Positions 13,001-26,656 of a stretch of 64,000 nucleotides of DNA are shown here, piece by piece. Origin of the DNA: Selaginella moellendorffii (taxonomy: Eukaryota > Plantae > Lycopodiophyta). Numbering within the stretch: the stretch's first letter is position 1; each line of letters opens with the position of its first letter. The stretch spans positions 134,832-198,831 of the forward strand of contig NW_003314311.1 in assembly GCF_000143415.4 (NCBI RefSeq), in the 5' to 3' direction. A model generated the notes under the pieces. That model searched no databases, was not told the origin of the DNA, and was given only the letters and a program-made list of their open reading frames with translations. A program made the position numbers and the translations under genes.

Positions 13001-14040
13001 AAATTAAAAATACCATAAACAATTTTATAGAGTAGATTTGTTAGTGCTCTCCTGTGCTATTCATTTCTTTATTTCTTTTGCTCTGTATTATTGTTTTAGA
13101 AGTAATAAGAGCATTTTTATCAATAGTGACAGTGGTTTTCACATTCTTAAATGGGTAAAAAGGACTACAAGTGTAATATGAAGATTGTGGTAGTGAAATA
13201 AAGTTAACATTCTCATATTCTCTTGCATTACAACTCTTATTTATAAATGTTTTGTTTTTCTTACTTCTATTAAGTTATAAGAATTTATGTTGAGGTGATC
13301 CTAATTTAAAATTATAGGTAGAAGGAAGTTAGTTGAGTTTTGAAAACTTAAATATTTAGAGTGAGAGTCATTCTTTCTCTAGATTGAAAATTTTTCCAAG
13401 GATTTCTTTTAGGTATTTTTAATAGCTGATCTATTGATTATTTTGCTCAAAAACTATTCCTTTTTTGTGAGTTATTGCAAATTAGTGAAGGTTTTAGAGT
13501 CGACTTTTGTTAATTTAGACCTTAGTAAATAGTTTGTATGATGCAGCTTGAAAAGGATATTAACTTTTGGGGTTAAAACAATTGAGTTGGATAGAATCTA
13601 AAGTTGGTATAAAGAAATGGTTGTTGCATTTTTCAAGAAAAATAATCTTTATGTTTTTCTTTGTAGTGTCAGTGGTAAGTTGCACCTTGTATTTCATTAG
13701 ACTTTATGAAAGTAATGAACTCTCACTGATCATGATTTAGTCTTGGCAACCCTACGCTTCAGTTGAGAATAGTGATGTCCAACTTAGTTGTTTGCAATTG
13801 AGGTGTTAGTACCTATATTATAGCCTTGTTGATTAAGAGGTTATATATTTGTGTAAGTCTATTTCATGGTCTTCACTTTAGTTTAGGCTAAATGTTGATC
13901 ATTTATAGCTAACCGCTTTAGTTGTGCTCAAAAGTTGTTGGCTAAATATAATTAGATTCAACTAAACATTTGTCCATACTTATCCATAAGCTTTTATATT
14001 GTATCTAGAGTATTACCTTTTTGTTAGACAAGTATGAAAT

Positions 14041-14980
14041 TGTCGCAAATGTAATTGTAGGTATCAAAAGTTACTTGTTAGCAAGTTCTTTTGGGTATTC
14101 TTTCTTTACTACCATGACAACAAAAAATCGATATTGCTAAAACCCTTATCAATCCTTCTTGTGCTAGTGGAGTTAATTGGGTATTTCAAATGTACTTAAA
14201 CCAAACAAGTATAAAAATGGAATTCCTACATACTATTAACTAAGCATACTTTGCCTGGTAAGAAGTCCTTGTCCCATTGTGTTTTATAGTGGCTAGTGAC
14301 TAGAACCCTTGCAATATTGAGACTAGTCCCTTAATATTACTAGACGATAACTTATTGTGTTTGCCAAACACTCTTGCTATTATGCTTTTTGTGTTGGTCC
14401 CATTAACTATTTATGGGAAATGTTTAAATCTACTAATTAGGCATATCTACGAAATGTAGAGATTGTCCTAAACAAAATGATGTTGTTTCTACTTCTACAT
14501 TTACAATTTAGAACCATTTTATACTTAATAAGTTTTTGTGATTGTCCCAAAGACTAACTCATATGACTAGGGCAAAAGCCTAAAGCATGTGTTCCTCAAG
14601 AGGAGGGGGGGTTTTAAATGTATAATAGGGATAATAGGTAAGTCAAGCATTGTCGACCAACCTAGGTTATAGTCTAGCTCCTGCTTATGTGTTTGTCCTT
14701 GTTTTGCATCCAGCTTGAGTCTAAGCACATGTGGCTCCATTTTATATGCTAGTTTTAGCATTGGGATGTTAGAAACTTTACGACCGCCCTAACATCACTC
14801 CATTCTTTTATTCCTTTGCTTTTTGGGTTGTATGCTCCGAAGTCGCTCAATGTTTTTGTCCTTTCACTCCTTGGGTTGAAAGCTCAAGAGTCATTCTATG
14901 CTTCAATTTCTTTATTCCTTAGCTATATGGCTAAAAGTTTAGCTCTATCTCTTCATTCAGTGGCCCAAGGCTCTAAACTC
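14041..14980 (+). mobile_element. Decayed LTR related to the chromovirus LTRs at 49478 and 58150
   Basis: Starts TGTCGCAAATGT; shares gagactagtccc..aatatt, aaagcc.aaagcatgtgttcctcaag, aaatgtata.tagggata. Confidence 0.7.
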
Positions 14981-16199
14981 AAGTTTTTCTTTGCTATCAT
15001 TAGCCCATTTTTTTAATGGTTAAGGTTTTTCTTTGTGGGAGTGTGGACCATACTTGAGCTTACGAGCTCACGAGTTGAGCTCAATTTTCTACTGTAATTT
15101 AAAAAAAAATATTATTAACTTTAAAATATTGGTGAATCTAATAGTTTCACAACTCTCTATACATTATATAGATAAAAACTTTCTAAAGGAAAATTCATAT
15201 TCTAACAATTTAAATATTAATTATATGCCATGTTTATTAGAACATAAAATAAGATGTTTCTAGAAAAAGTATTCTTGTCACTTCCTCTTAAATCTATACT
15301 CTATGTTTTCTAGTTAGTAAATGTCAAGTTTGTTAGACTTTAAAAATTATTAAATTTGAAATAAGATTCTTTATAAGGCCATATAACCGTTTGAAAGGAA
15401 AAAAAAATATTGATGTAGACTTATTGCATATAAAAGAGAAACTTGATTCTTCTCTAGAATACATTCTTGAAGGGTTTAGCATAGTATAATGTTTAGATTT
15501 ATGGATCTTCACTTGCACTCATATTCGAAGAAAGGGAAGTACATACAAACATTTATAGGTTCTAATGTCAGTAATTTTAACTCTTGCAATCTTTCTTCTC
15601 AAAGTAGTAATTCAAAGGCTAGAAGTTGCAATAATCATCCCATTGTATAACACAACCAAACCATATAAAAGAAAGAAAGAGAGGATAGTGAAGATAATAA
15701 TCACGAGTTAAAGATAAATATAATGATAAAGAGTGTAACAAATTGGGTGGAAAAAAATGTTCTCCTACTTGTTTTAGAAAATTGCAATTCCATAACTTTC
15801 AAGAAATGCTTTATATATTTTCTAACTTTTAGTGAAAACAATGGCGATGATCAATATAATGGTATATATACTCTTGCGACACATTACAACATCACGCACC
15901 CGAAAGGTTATTATGAAATATGTTTTGGGTTGGTAAAGATAGAAATGAAGACATATAAGTACTATAGGCAATATTGTGAAAAGAACACTTGCAAGTATAT
16001 GTAATAAAAAGTGAAATTAAAATTTTTTGTATTAATTATATAAAGTATAATAAGTTTATATTATTGATAGAGAATAAACATTGATAGTCTTGGAAAATCT
16101 AGTTAGCTCCAAAAGTCTTCTACAACTCAACAATAATAAAGCTTTCTTGGTGTATATGAATATCCACTTTAGGATTTTGGTGCAAGATGTTGATAAAAA

Positions 16200-16390
16200 T
16201 ATAGTACTGTTGGGTTAAGGAGGGGCGCTTCCCCCAACGCTTGCTCAAACACAAAAAATGCTTCAATGCTCTTTGCAAAATGCCCTCTTTGCCTTTGTGG
16301 GGCAAGGGTTTTATACAAGGAAGATGGGGAATATTCTAAGGACCAGAATATTCCCTCTCTTTCTCTCACTCTCTTGGTGGCCACGCCCTA
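16200..16390 (+). repeat. Dispersed repeat, second copy at ~43860-44035
   Basis: gcttgctcaaaca...aaatgcttcaatgctctt...agggttttatacaaggaagatggggaa shared. Confidence 0.8.
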
Positions 16391-16396
16391 ACATGC

Positions 16397-19300
16397 TGTA
16401 AGCGATTAAATTTTCTATTCTACTTTAGTCACTTAACCACACCTTCGACCACTTGGAGGAGTCTCACTTACAACCTCCATAAGTCCTATTTTGGACTTGG
16501 GCTTGCTAGCCCCAAGAATGGCATCCCCGCCATTCAACCTTTGCACTTGGTCCAAGTGCTCCACGTGTCCGATCCTATGACCGACACCCCAAGGTACCAC
16601 CGTCATATCAGCCCATTACGCTAAGGCCATGCCCATTCACCTTGGTCACATCGGTGGTCTGACACCACCTACATCACAGTCCCCCCTCTCAAAGACTGGG
16701 TCATTCGTCCATGAGTGATCATCCTAAATCCACTCCTTAGCATCCTTAGGATGCCCCTAAACATGGGGAATAGCCTTCACCAATATCCCCTTTCCGGTCC
16801 CTACTAAGTCCCTTTCTGTCCTAGGCTATGTTCGCCAACACTGCCACTGGATCAAGGCCCATGAGCCTGACCACTAAGTTTCACTGTCCTCTAGGACTTC
16901 CTCACTATGTGACTGTGTCCTTGGTCACCACACTAGAGGGCTACTCTTCTTCCTTTACACAGTCTGGGACTTTGGGACAATATTTCGGAACACCGTGGCC
17001 CTACACAGCCCTCATGGGTACTCTCCCCACCTTCCGCATTTAGGTGCTCTAGCCATGGGCTTAGAGCGAGGTTCTGTTAAGCCACGCCTGGTATCCAAGT
17101 AGGTAGTGCCACCCACACTTGGACTAGGAGCATCGGCCAGTCGATCTCCCGGGGGAACTAGAGTCGGCTCTTGAACACTTCACCAAGCTACCCCGCTTGT
17201 CGGTCTGTGTTCACTCTAGTCTTGGACTTCCCAATGGGCAGCTCATCACCCAACACTGGGTACAGCCTTTCTGGGCCAAACTGGCCTTTTCTGGCCAAAC
17301 TGGATCCACTACAGTCCTCCCCCTACTATACTTTTGGAGCTCACCAAACCCCCCAGGGTCTGGGATACGAACGCTTTGGGCTTTCACCCTCTCAGACTCG
17401 AACTTGGACTCGGACTCGGACTCGGACTTGGACTCGGACTCGGCCTCGGCCTCGGACTCGGTCCCGGTCTCAGTCTCGGTCTCGGTCTGGGTCTCGGTCT
17501 GGGTCTCGGTCTCGGTCCCAGTCTTGGTCTCGACCTCGGACTCCATCTCGGGTCCTTCTCGGACTCCATCTCGGACTCCATCTCGAACTCCGTCTCGGTC
17601 CACCTCGGACTCCATCTCAGACTCCATCTCAAACTCCGTCTCGGTCCACCTCGGACTCCATCTTGGACTCCATCTCGAACTCCGTCTCGGTCCACCTCGG
17701 ACTCCATCTCGGACTCCATCTTGGACTCCGTCTCGGTCCATCTCGGACTCCATCTCGGGTCCATCTCGGACTCAATCTCGGATCCATCTCGGGTCCATCT
17801 CGGGTCCACCTCGGACTCAATCTCGGATCCATCTCGGGTCCATCTCGGGTCCACCTCGAACTCCATCTCGGGTCCATCTCGGACTCCATCTCGGACTCCA
17901 TCTTGGGTCCATCTCGGACTCCATCTCGGGTCCATCTCGAACTCCATCTCGGACACTTCCACGTGTTATGTGTTGGTCCTTTTGGGTCCCTTTTTGGAGC
18001 CTCGCTTATTGCTTGCTTCATGCTCGTTCTTTGAGCACTCCGTTGGGAGTTCCACTCTTGCTCTCAACCTTTCAAGTCGGAGCCTTTTAGTCCAAATGTG
18101 TTACGCTCGTTTGGCTTTCGCTTTGGCCACTACCACGTGGCACCCTTTCGGCTCCACTTTGGGGCTTAAGGATTTGTGTCTCACAACTCCACCACCCATA
18201 GACGAAGTTCGATGTCCTCATCGAATGGTAAACCCTTTTATAAAGTAACACCTGCAAGTATTACCATTTATATCCTTGGCACCCAGCCAATATTTGTCTA
18301 TGGTTTGACCCCGAAGGCTTGCCATGCCTTGTCCATCCTCTAAGGGCATAGTCTCTCCAACATAGAGACTCATTCGGCCACCTAGGGTGGTTTGCTCCCT
18401 TTTATTGGTTCAGTTCTCGCTAATCCGTTAGAGACACCTTCTCTAACTCAATTCCATTACTCATTCTCGAGTAGTCCTAACTTCTATTGACATAACCAAT
18501 TCATTTTGGAACTTTTAATTTTGACTTCTCGAAGTTAATTTTTTTGGTGTCTTTGACACCTTTCACTGCACATATTGTGCAACTTCACTTCCCATCCTAG
18601 GAAACTCCCCACTTGAGGGTGCCATTGTCCTCTCTATTTTATGCCACTTTTGGCACCAAGTTCCAGCCATCGTAAGTTGTGCTAGAGCTATCCACAGCCC
18701 TATCTTTTGGCTACTTCGCCACTCCCTTCCTTGGAGCTTTCACCTTTGCCAACTTGGAGCATTTGGGAATCCATCGTTGGAAGCACACTTCCTTTCTCAC
18801 AATCCATTAGCATCCAATACATTAGTGTTCCATGCCTAACTTTGCCATTTGGATTCCTTTCAATGAACTCCATGGCCCACACTTGGCCACTAGTTTTTTG
18901 CTTTTATCCATTGATTGTTGCACTGAGCAATATAGGATCACTACCTCCATTCTCGATGTATCCTTTTGGTTCCATGGCAAAAGCTCTACTTTGCTAAGTC
19001 TAGTGGGTGCTCACCCTTAGTAGGTCTCTTTAGCAATTTTTGCTATGGGCTTCGTCCACGGCCCAACTTTGTGACCCTTCCATGGATCTCTCCCCGAGAC
19101 TACTTTCTTGGACTTACTATACCATCGTATTGGCACAATTGATTTCCCTTTAGGTGTCCTTCTCACTTGGTCACCTCGACCAAGTCACACCATTATCAAT
19201 AGTTCAAATTAACACTTTGAACTGGGAATCATATTCCTTAACCCAAACAAAGACCTTGTCTTTGTTTAGCCACAAGATCACCTGGTGATCTCATCTTGAC

Positions 19301-22300
19301 CCCTTAACAGGTCTATCAATAAGAACTAGGTCTTTTAGACCCTTTTAAATTGTTGACAATGACCCCGGGGGCATTCCCCACACTTGGCGGTGCACCCAAG
19401 CTAGCCCTTCCGGCCAAGGATCCATAGCAACTAAGACTGGGTGTCCCCATCTCATTCACCACGTCCTTAGTGCCTTTTGCACCAAACTGTTCAAATTAGA
19501 TATGCCGAACTTTCACTCTAAGCAATCTAACCGTGCATCACGACTCCGGGGCATCCCCCGCTTGGCAGTGTGCCCAAACTAGTCTCTTTACTAAGAGTCC
19601 ATGACCACCGAAAAATGAGTGTCCTTATATTCCAAACCATCACCGTGCCCTAGTGAATTGGGACTCGAACCCAAGCATTAGAGGGTCGGGACTCGAACCC
19701 AACCTCCATATATCCATTTACGGACGGCATCACATGGGATACCTGGCGTGACTCCCCACGCCGGTGCACCAACTTATATTTAAAGTGCGCTACAGATCAC
19801 AGCTTAGGAACCTAGTTCCTCCGCATTGCCAAATCCTCTCACTTGACATGTTTTGTGATCATGCATGGACTCTTCCATGCTCGGCCCCCTGGGCCACCCT
19901 TTTGAAGTTGGCACCTTCAACTAAGGGATTTGTTCCCCCCGACTTGCCAATCTCGCTTGGCAAGTCATTCGGCCACCGTAACATGGTTCATGCATAAGCA
20001 TGAAAGTCCTTAACTATCAACTTTCGTTCAAACTCTTTGAACACTCGGGAATTACTTCCCCAATCTTGATAGCCTCGGTTCATGGCAAGCTTCAAAACCA
20101 CTCTTCTGCTGCGCCACTCTGATTTCGCGTGTTCTATGAACCATTTACACTTGGTTAACTAGGTACTTAACTACCTAGGGGAACGTTCAAGGAACTTTGT
20201 TCCTTGGCTTGCTAAGGCCTCTCCTTTCGCAAGCTTGCCAATTACCATATAGTCTAACATAGACAATCCCATGTTTTAGACTCTTCATGGCATCCCGGTC
20301 GCTAGTAACAACATGCTTGAGCACCCACTTGATTCTCCACTCCCAACTTGCATAACCACCCTTGGTCATGCCTGTCAATTTCTATAGTTCGGTTCTATCC
20401 CTAGACTACTTGCCTTTTGGCCTCATACATTTCCTTCGGTCATTCTCCTCCAGACTAGGAAGATAGCTTTGCACTTTCTACCATGCCTTGGCAAGTATTC
20501 ATAAGGATGAACCTACTCGACAGCCTAGGGAGTGGTTCCTCAATCCGGGTTTGCTCACCTTGTAATCTCACACACTAGGATCACCGTTGCTACTTATGGG
20601 CTTTTATATGCTCATCACTAGCCTTGCCAAAATCCCTCTTTGGCTTTGTCTAATTTGGGTAGATGGACTTCTCCTGTCTCCACAACCTTGGACATTTGGA
20701 TAGCACCTCTTATCCTTCATTCGCTAGGGACTTTGTCCCTTCCATTGCCCTCATGACACCAAATACCCCTTTCTGGTGTTCTAGAGTGTTTGGGTATCCC
20801 AATAATGGCCTCTTTGACAATGAGCATTCCCTTTTCGACATTGACTTACTATATCGTAACATAAGCAATTTATCCCTTATAAGGGTATATCGAACTTCTT
20901 TATCCCAATAAGAAGTCTTAGGTAGTTGCCTTCTACCAGTTTATAAATTATTTTGCATCTTTTGCTTAGTTGCCTCATAGTTATCAAGTCCTACAACTTA
21001 TTGCTGGTGCTTCCACACCTCCATCATTATCTGGGTCACCACACTCTAACCGCATGCCTTCCAACTTAGGCTATGCTATTCCCATTTCCATTGGGATTCC
21101 TCTGGAAGGGGTTCTCATGAACCCACCAACTTGACCTCAAGGCAACACGCCTTGGCACCTTCGGTGTCTCCACACCATCGGCTCCACGAGCTTACCTTTA
21201 TGACACCTCTTACTTGTGTTTAGGTATTTTTGCCAAGACTAATATGGTTGTCTCTTAGGCCAATTATCCATTAGCATTGCACCATAGAGTTCATGCACAA
21301 CTTTGTGTCAAAGTTGTTTTCTTCCGGGAAACTTTTTCCCACGACTTTAGCATGGCACCTTCTGCCATCAATGAGATACATATTGCTCTTATTCTTGGAT
21401 CTCAAGATCTTCCCCATCCTTCATGGGGCACCACACACCTCAGTCCAAATGCTTTCCTCAAGCCCTTAGGATTATTCCTTGACTCTATTGGAGTCATTGA
21501 ACCTTTTGCACTTTGTTAATCTGACGACCTATGAGGTCCTAGTTTTGAGGTGCTAACTCACTAGAATACAACTCCTTGTATTCATGTCCTACTCACAAGG
21601 ACCATCTTTTGCAAGTGTTACTCCGACACTTGATTTGTTCTCTAGGGGCAACCTTTCACCCCTTAGGACCACTTGTCCATGTGATGAGAATACCAGCTCA
21701 TCCTCTAAATACACCCCCAACTCCTTGGGTTGTTCCAGCATTTATTAGAGGTAGTTCCGGCTACCATTTCAAGGACTTGTGTCCTTTTCTGTATTTGACC
21801 TTCCGCGGTCATTACTTCTGGTCTCAAATTCATGAGCACCAGCCTCAACTTCATGAGGGTAATCTTGTGACTCCTTTAACGTTTTGGAATCTCTATCTTC
21901 CTTGTGATCCCAACTATAGTTGTTTACCACAACTACATTAGCCAGTTTGTTAAGTCAAATGCTCATCTGGATCACATCCTCAACTCAATGAGGAAAACCT
22001 TGCATTGTTCCCAAGATCCCAAAGTCGTTCCATCATTGGCCCTTTTCTATCCACCACCTTGTCTACAAGTCCACACATGAACTGTAGTGGAGAGGCATGT
22101 CTTCCCGACTTGCTACTCCTCAAGGACAAGCCCACTCCTAGGACCTTCCGATGCCAACACTAGTGGTGATATACTTCAGCACCAATAAAAGTCAGACTAA
22201 GGAACAGCTTCGATACCAAGTTGTAAGCGACTAAATTTTCCATTCTACTTTAGTCACTTAACCACACCTTCGACCACTTGGAGGAGTCTCACTCACAACC

Positions 22301-23290
22301 TCCATAAGTCCTATTTTGGACTTGGGCTTGGTAGCCCCGAGAATGGCATCCCCGCCATTCAATCTTTGCACTTGGTCCAAGTGCTCCACGTGTCCGATCC
22401 CATGACTGACACCCCAAGGTACCACCGTCATATCAGCCTATTACGCTAAGGCTATGCCCATTCACCTTAGTCACATCGATGGTCTGACACCACCTACATC
22501 ACAGTCCTGCCTCTCAAAGACTGGGTCATTCGTCCATGAGTGATCATCCTAGATCCACTCCTTAGCATCCTTAGGATGCCCCTAGACATGGGGAATAACT
22601 TTCCCCAATATCCCCTTTCTGGTCCCCACTAAGTCCCTTTCTATCCTAGGCCGTGTTCGCCAACACCGCCACTGGATCAAGGCCCACGAGCCTGACCACT
22701 AAGTTTCACTGTCCTCTAGGACTTCCTCACTGTGTGACTGTGTCCTTGGTCACCACACCAGAGGGCTACTCCTCTTCCTTTACACAGTCTGGGACTTTGG
22801 GACAATATTTCGGAACACCATGGCCCTACACAGCCCTCATGGGTACTCTCCCCACCTTCCGCATTTAGGTGCTCTAGCCATGGGCTTAGAGCGAGGTTTC
22901 GTTGAGCCACGCCTGGTATCCAAGTAGGTAGTGCCACCCACACTTGGACTGGGAGCATTGGCCAGTCGATCTCCCGGGGGAACTAGAGCCGGCTCTTGAA
23001 CACTTCACCAAGCTACCCCGCTTGTTGGTCTGTGTTCACTCTAGTCTTAGACTTCCCAATGGGCAGCTCATCACCCAACACTGGGTACAACCTTTCTGGG
23101 CCAAACTGGCTCCACTACAGTCCTCCCCCTACTATACTTTTGGAGCTCACCAAACCCCCCAGGCTCTGGGAGACGAATGCTTTGGGCTTTCACCCTCTTA
23201 GACTCAAACTCAAACTCGGACTCGGACTCGGACTCGGACTCGGACTCGGCCTCGGCCTCGGTCTCGGTACCGATCTCGGTCTCGGTCTCG

Positions 23291-23323
<33 letters not shown>

Positions 23324-23898
23324 CCGGTCTTGGTCTCGACCTCGGACTCCATCTCGGGTCCATCTCGGACTCCATCTCAGACTCCATCTCGAACTCCGTC
23401 TCGGTCCACCTCGGACTCCATCTCGGACTCCATCTCGGTCCACCTCAGACTCCATCTCAGACTCCATCTTGGACTCCGTCTCAGTCCATCTCGGACTCCA
23501 TCTCGGGTCCGTCTCAGACTCATTCTCGGATCCATCTCGGGTCCATCTCGGGTCCACCTCGGACTCAATCTCGGATCCATCTCGGATCCATCTCGGGTCC
23601 ACCTCGGACTCCATCTCGGGTCCATCTCGGACTCCATCTTGGGTCCATCTTCGACTCCATCTCGGACTCCATCTTGGGTCGATCTCGGACTCCATCTCGG
23701 ACACTTCCACGTGTCATGTGTTGGTCCTTTTGGGTCCCTTTTTGGAGCCTCGCTTATTACTTGCTTCATGCTCGTTCCTTGAGCACTCCGTTGAGAGTTC
23801 CACTCCTGCTCTCAACCTTTTAAGTCGGAGCCTTTTAGTCCAAACGTGTTACGCTCGTTTGGCTTTCACTTTGGCCACTACCACGTGGCACCCTTTCG
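16397..23898 (-). mobile_element. Non-autonomous or decayed LTR retroelement (LARD-like) with long microsatellite-bearing LTRs (family LTR-A)
   Basis: LTRs 16397-18185 and 22222-23898 (the second lacks its outer ~35 bp); minus-strand PBS TGGTATCGAAGC at ~22207-22219; PPT GGGTGGTGGAGT at 18186-18197; ~4 kb interior with no recognisable pol ORF. Confidence 0.88.
17394..17953. repeat. CTCGGA / CTCGGT hexamer and CTCGGACTCCAT dodecamer array inside LTR-A (others at ~23200-23700, 38574-39265, 54428-54852, 55002-55465)
   Basis: Directly visible tandem arrays; they account for the many low-complexity ORFs on both strands. Confidence 0.95.
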
Positions 23899-25050
23899 TG
23901 AAGTTTGGAGACAAGGAGGAAAATCCGGTGGGAAACCTTGTAGTCAAACTGAACCCTAAAGTTGAAGAAAAGTGTAGAAAAAGTGTGAAAAGAGGAGGAA
24001 AATAGAGGAAAAGGAGTGAGCACCCAAAGAACTTAACCCATACTTGGATTTCGGCTTAGGAAAGTGTAATATGCAAATGCAGCCTCTTGATGACTTTCAG
24101 TATGCTCCAAAGATTGGCCGAAATCGAGAAAGAAAGAGAGGTAGAAGAGGGGATGCATTGCCCAAGCATGGTAAGTGTGAAAATGAAGAAAGATGGAGTG
24201 ATATGATGGAGTTCCGAGATAGTGGTGGCACTTTGAAAAGGTGGCCATTGTTAACCATTGGCCTGTAGAGTAAGTGTTGACCACTCAGAGTAGCCAGTAA
24301 CCGATAACCAGTAACCGATAACCAGTAACTAGTAACCAGTAATTGGGGACCTATAACCTATAACTAATAACCACCTGCTCTCACTCCTACTCCTGTGCCT
24401 GCTCCAGCACCGATATGGTGGAGTGATATGGTGGAGTGCTGAGATGGGGTGGCACTCTGAGAAGGAATCTGATGTGTTGGACTGAAGAAGTCAACAGCTA
24501 AAAAGGATGTCGTAGTCACTAGGTTGCCAGTAAAGGGAGGTGGCATGTGTCCATTGAGTGCTGGAGTAGAAGAAAATGGCTTTGGCTTCTGTGGCCTCGC
24601 CTAAAGATCCACCTAGGTGCCTTGAGTGAACAGGTTCACCTGGTTGGAAGAAAGTCGCTCTAGAAAAGCTGGTGCATTGTCGGCAAATGGTCGTAAGGAT
24701 ATCTCGGAAACAGCATGTCCAAATGAGGTGGTGTCATTTGCTGCTGGTGCACGTATGGTGTAAATGTGACCTCAAACAGAAATGTGAATGATAGTGAAAG
24801 AATGAAAGATGCAAAACAGGCATCTAGAGGTAAGTGTGGGCAACACTGCTGGAAGTGATTGGTGATGGAATTGTGAGTGTAGATGATATGGAATGAGTGA
24901 GGGGAATGTGTGGGGTGTAGTAATGGTAAGGGAAGGGCCAAAGAACCTGGAACATAAACCGAGCCAAGCGAGGAACCTCTATACAAATGGCAATGTAGCC
25001 TGAGTGCGAAATCCAAGGCATGGGCCATGGTCCAATGGAGAAACACCCTC
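23898..25050 (-). mobile_element. Probable 3' LTR/3' end of an Athila/Tat-type Gypsy element; second copy at 41057-41650
   Basis: Terminus (T)GTGAAGTTTG cuts the LTR-A LTR; colinear with 41057-41650 (ttaacccatac, aaagtgtaatatgcaaatgca, ccttgagtgaacag.ttcacctggttggaag); inner boundary not resolved. Confidence 0.6.
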
Positions 25051-25125
25051 TAAAAGTAAGAAAAGTAGCCATGAAAGTAAAGTGAAAGAAAGGAAGAAAA
25101 AAAAAAAAAAGAGAAAAGGAACACC

Positions 25126-26656
25126 TCACCAGATGAAGCATTTGAAATGAGAGTGGTTGTGAGCATGTGGGAGCTCACGTCCATCAGCATCAACTAACAC
25201 ATATGCTCCACCTCCGATGTGTCGCTGGACAAAGTAGGGGCCGGTCCAGCAAGGGGAGAACTTCGAAGGTGGCATAAACTCCTTGAGTAGAACAAGATCG
25301 CCATCCTCGAAGGGTTTGGCAGACCGCTGGTGATCAATGACTGACTTGATCTTCTGTTTGCCTCGAAGGAGATGTTCTAATGTGGATCGTTGTTGTTCTT
25401 CCAAGGCAAGAACCTCCAAGTCATGTGCATGAAGCTTGTCCTCATTGCTAAACTGCATCACTGCTGTGTATCAAAGTGAAAGTGAGAGTGATGGCACTTG
25501 GATCTCCACTGGAAGCATGGCCTCTATCCCATAGATAAGGGAGAATGGGGTCGCAGAGATGGATGTCTTGAAGGACGTCCGAAAGACCCACAACGTTGTA
25601 ACCAAGTGCTCGTACCAATGCTTTGGGTGATCCTCCACAAGCTTTGAGATGATTGCCTTCAATATTTTGTTGCTAGACTCTACTTAACCATTGCACTCAG
25701 GATAATAGCTGCTGCTCTTCACGTGCTTGACCTACAGCTGTTGGAGAAGATGCTGCATCACCTGTCCAAGGAAGCCACTACCACAATCGGAAACCAAAAC
25801 AGCAGGAACTCCGAATCGGCAAATGATGTACTTGTAGATAAACTTTGCTGTAAACTGTCGCAGAGGGGTGGCCTCAACCCATTTTGTGAAATAGTCCGTC
25901 GCCACGATGATGTATCACTGTCTTTTTGAGCTTGGTGGGATGATTGGGCAAATGAAGTTGAGTCCCCACTAGAAAAAGGGACCCAGAGAAGTAATGAGCT
26001 GGAAAGGAAGATGTGGAACATGGCTTTGGGGGTTGAACCGTTGGCACTGCTCACATGCCTTTGCATAGGCCAAGCTATCCTGGTGAATCTGAGGCCAAAA
26101 GTAGCCATGGCGCAAGAGGAGCTGTGCTGTGACTCGTCCCGAGAAATGCTCCACACAAGAGTGGAAAGTGCGAAAGAGCTCAGGGACCTCGTGTTCCCCC
26201 ACACACTGCAACAAAACCTCCTAAGAATTTCTCCTGTAAAGGTGTCCGTCGAGAAGGCAAAACCCCCATGCTCAGATCTCCAATGCCTTTTGTTGCACTA
26301 GTGAGGAATCTGCTGGGAATTGAGCTGAATCCAGGTACACTAAAATGTCCTGTAATGTTGCTGGGACTACAAAGGAAGTAGCTTCAAAAACCAAGAACTC
26401 GCTCAGATCCATCACACGCTTGCGCCGCATGTGAAAAGTTGGCTGAAACTCTTGGATAGTCACAATCCAAGATAAAGTACGAGGACTGTGAACCGGTCGC
26501 TGTAAAAGAAAGGTCAACACATTAAAATAGACATGGAAATGGATACAAGCTCCAGCGAGAAAGTAATGAAATCGCTCCAAGGTGTAAACAACATCCACTG
26601 CTTCTTTTTCTGCATCCACGTACTTCTTCTCAGTCTCCTTGAACGAATGTGATGCT
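25126..26656 (-). pseudogene. Gypsy (non-chromoviral, Athila/Tat-like) RNase H-integrase remnant
   Basis: ASHSFKETEKKY..AEKEA..VVY..ERFHYFL; H..HFSG...GYFWP..HQD...AKACEQCQ (HHCC); YIIVATDYFTKWVEA; TPFSLIYGIEAMLPVE; KFSPCWTGPY. Confidence 0.88.

Noticed and set aside
10003-14040. Possible decayed coding sequence in AT-rich DNA
   Set aside because: No motif I could recognise with confidence; only short ORFs
17171-18248. Many 130-460 aa ORFs (SR/RD/ES/GL-rich) on both strands here and at 22996-24005, 38311-39542, 54152-55718
   Set aside because: Products of stop-poor hexamer/dodecamer arrays within LTRs; frames are not conserved between copies
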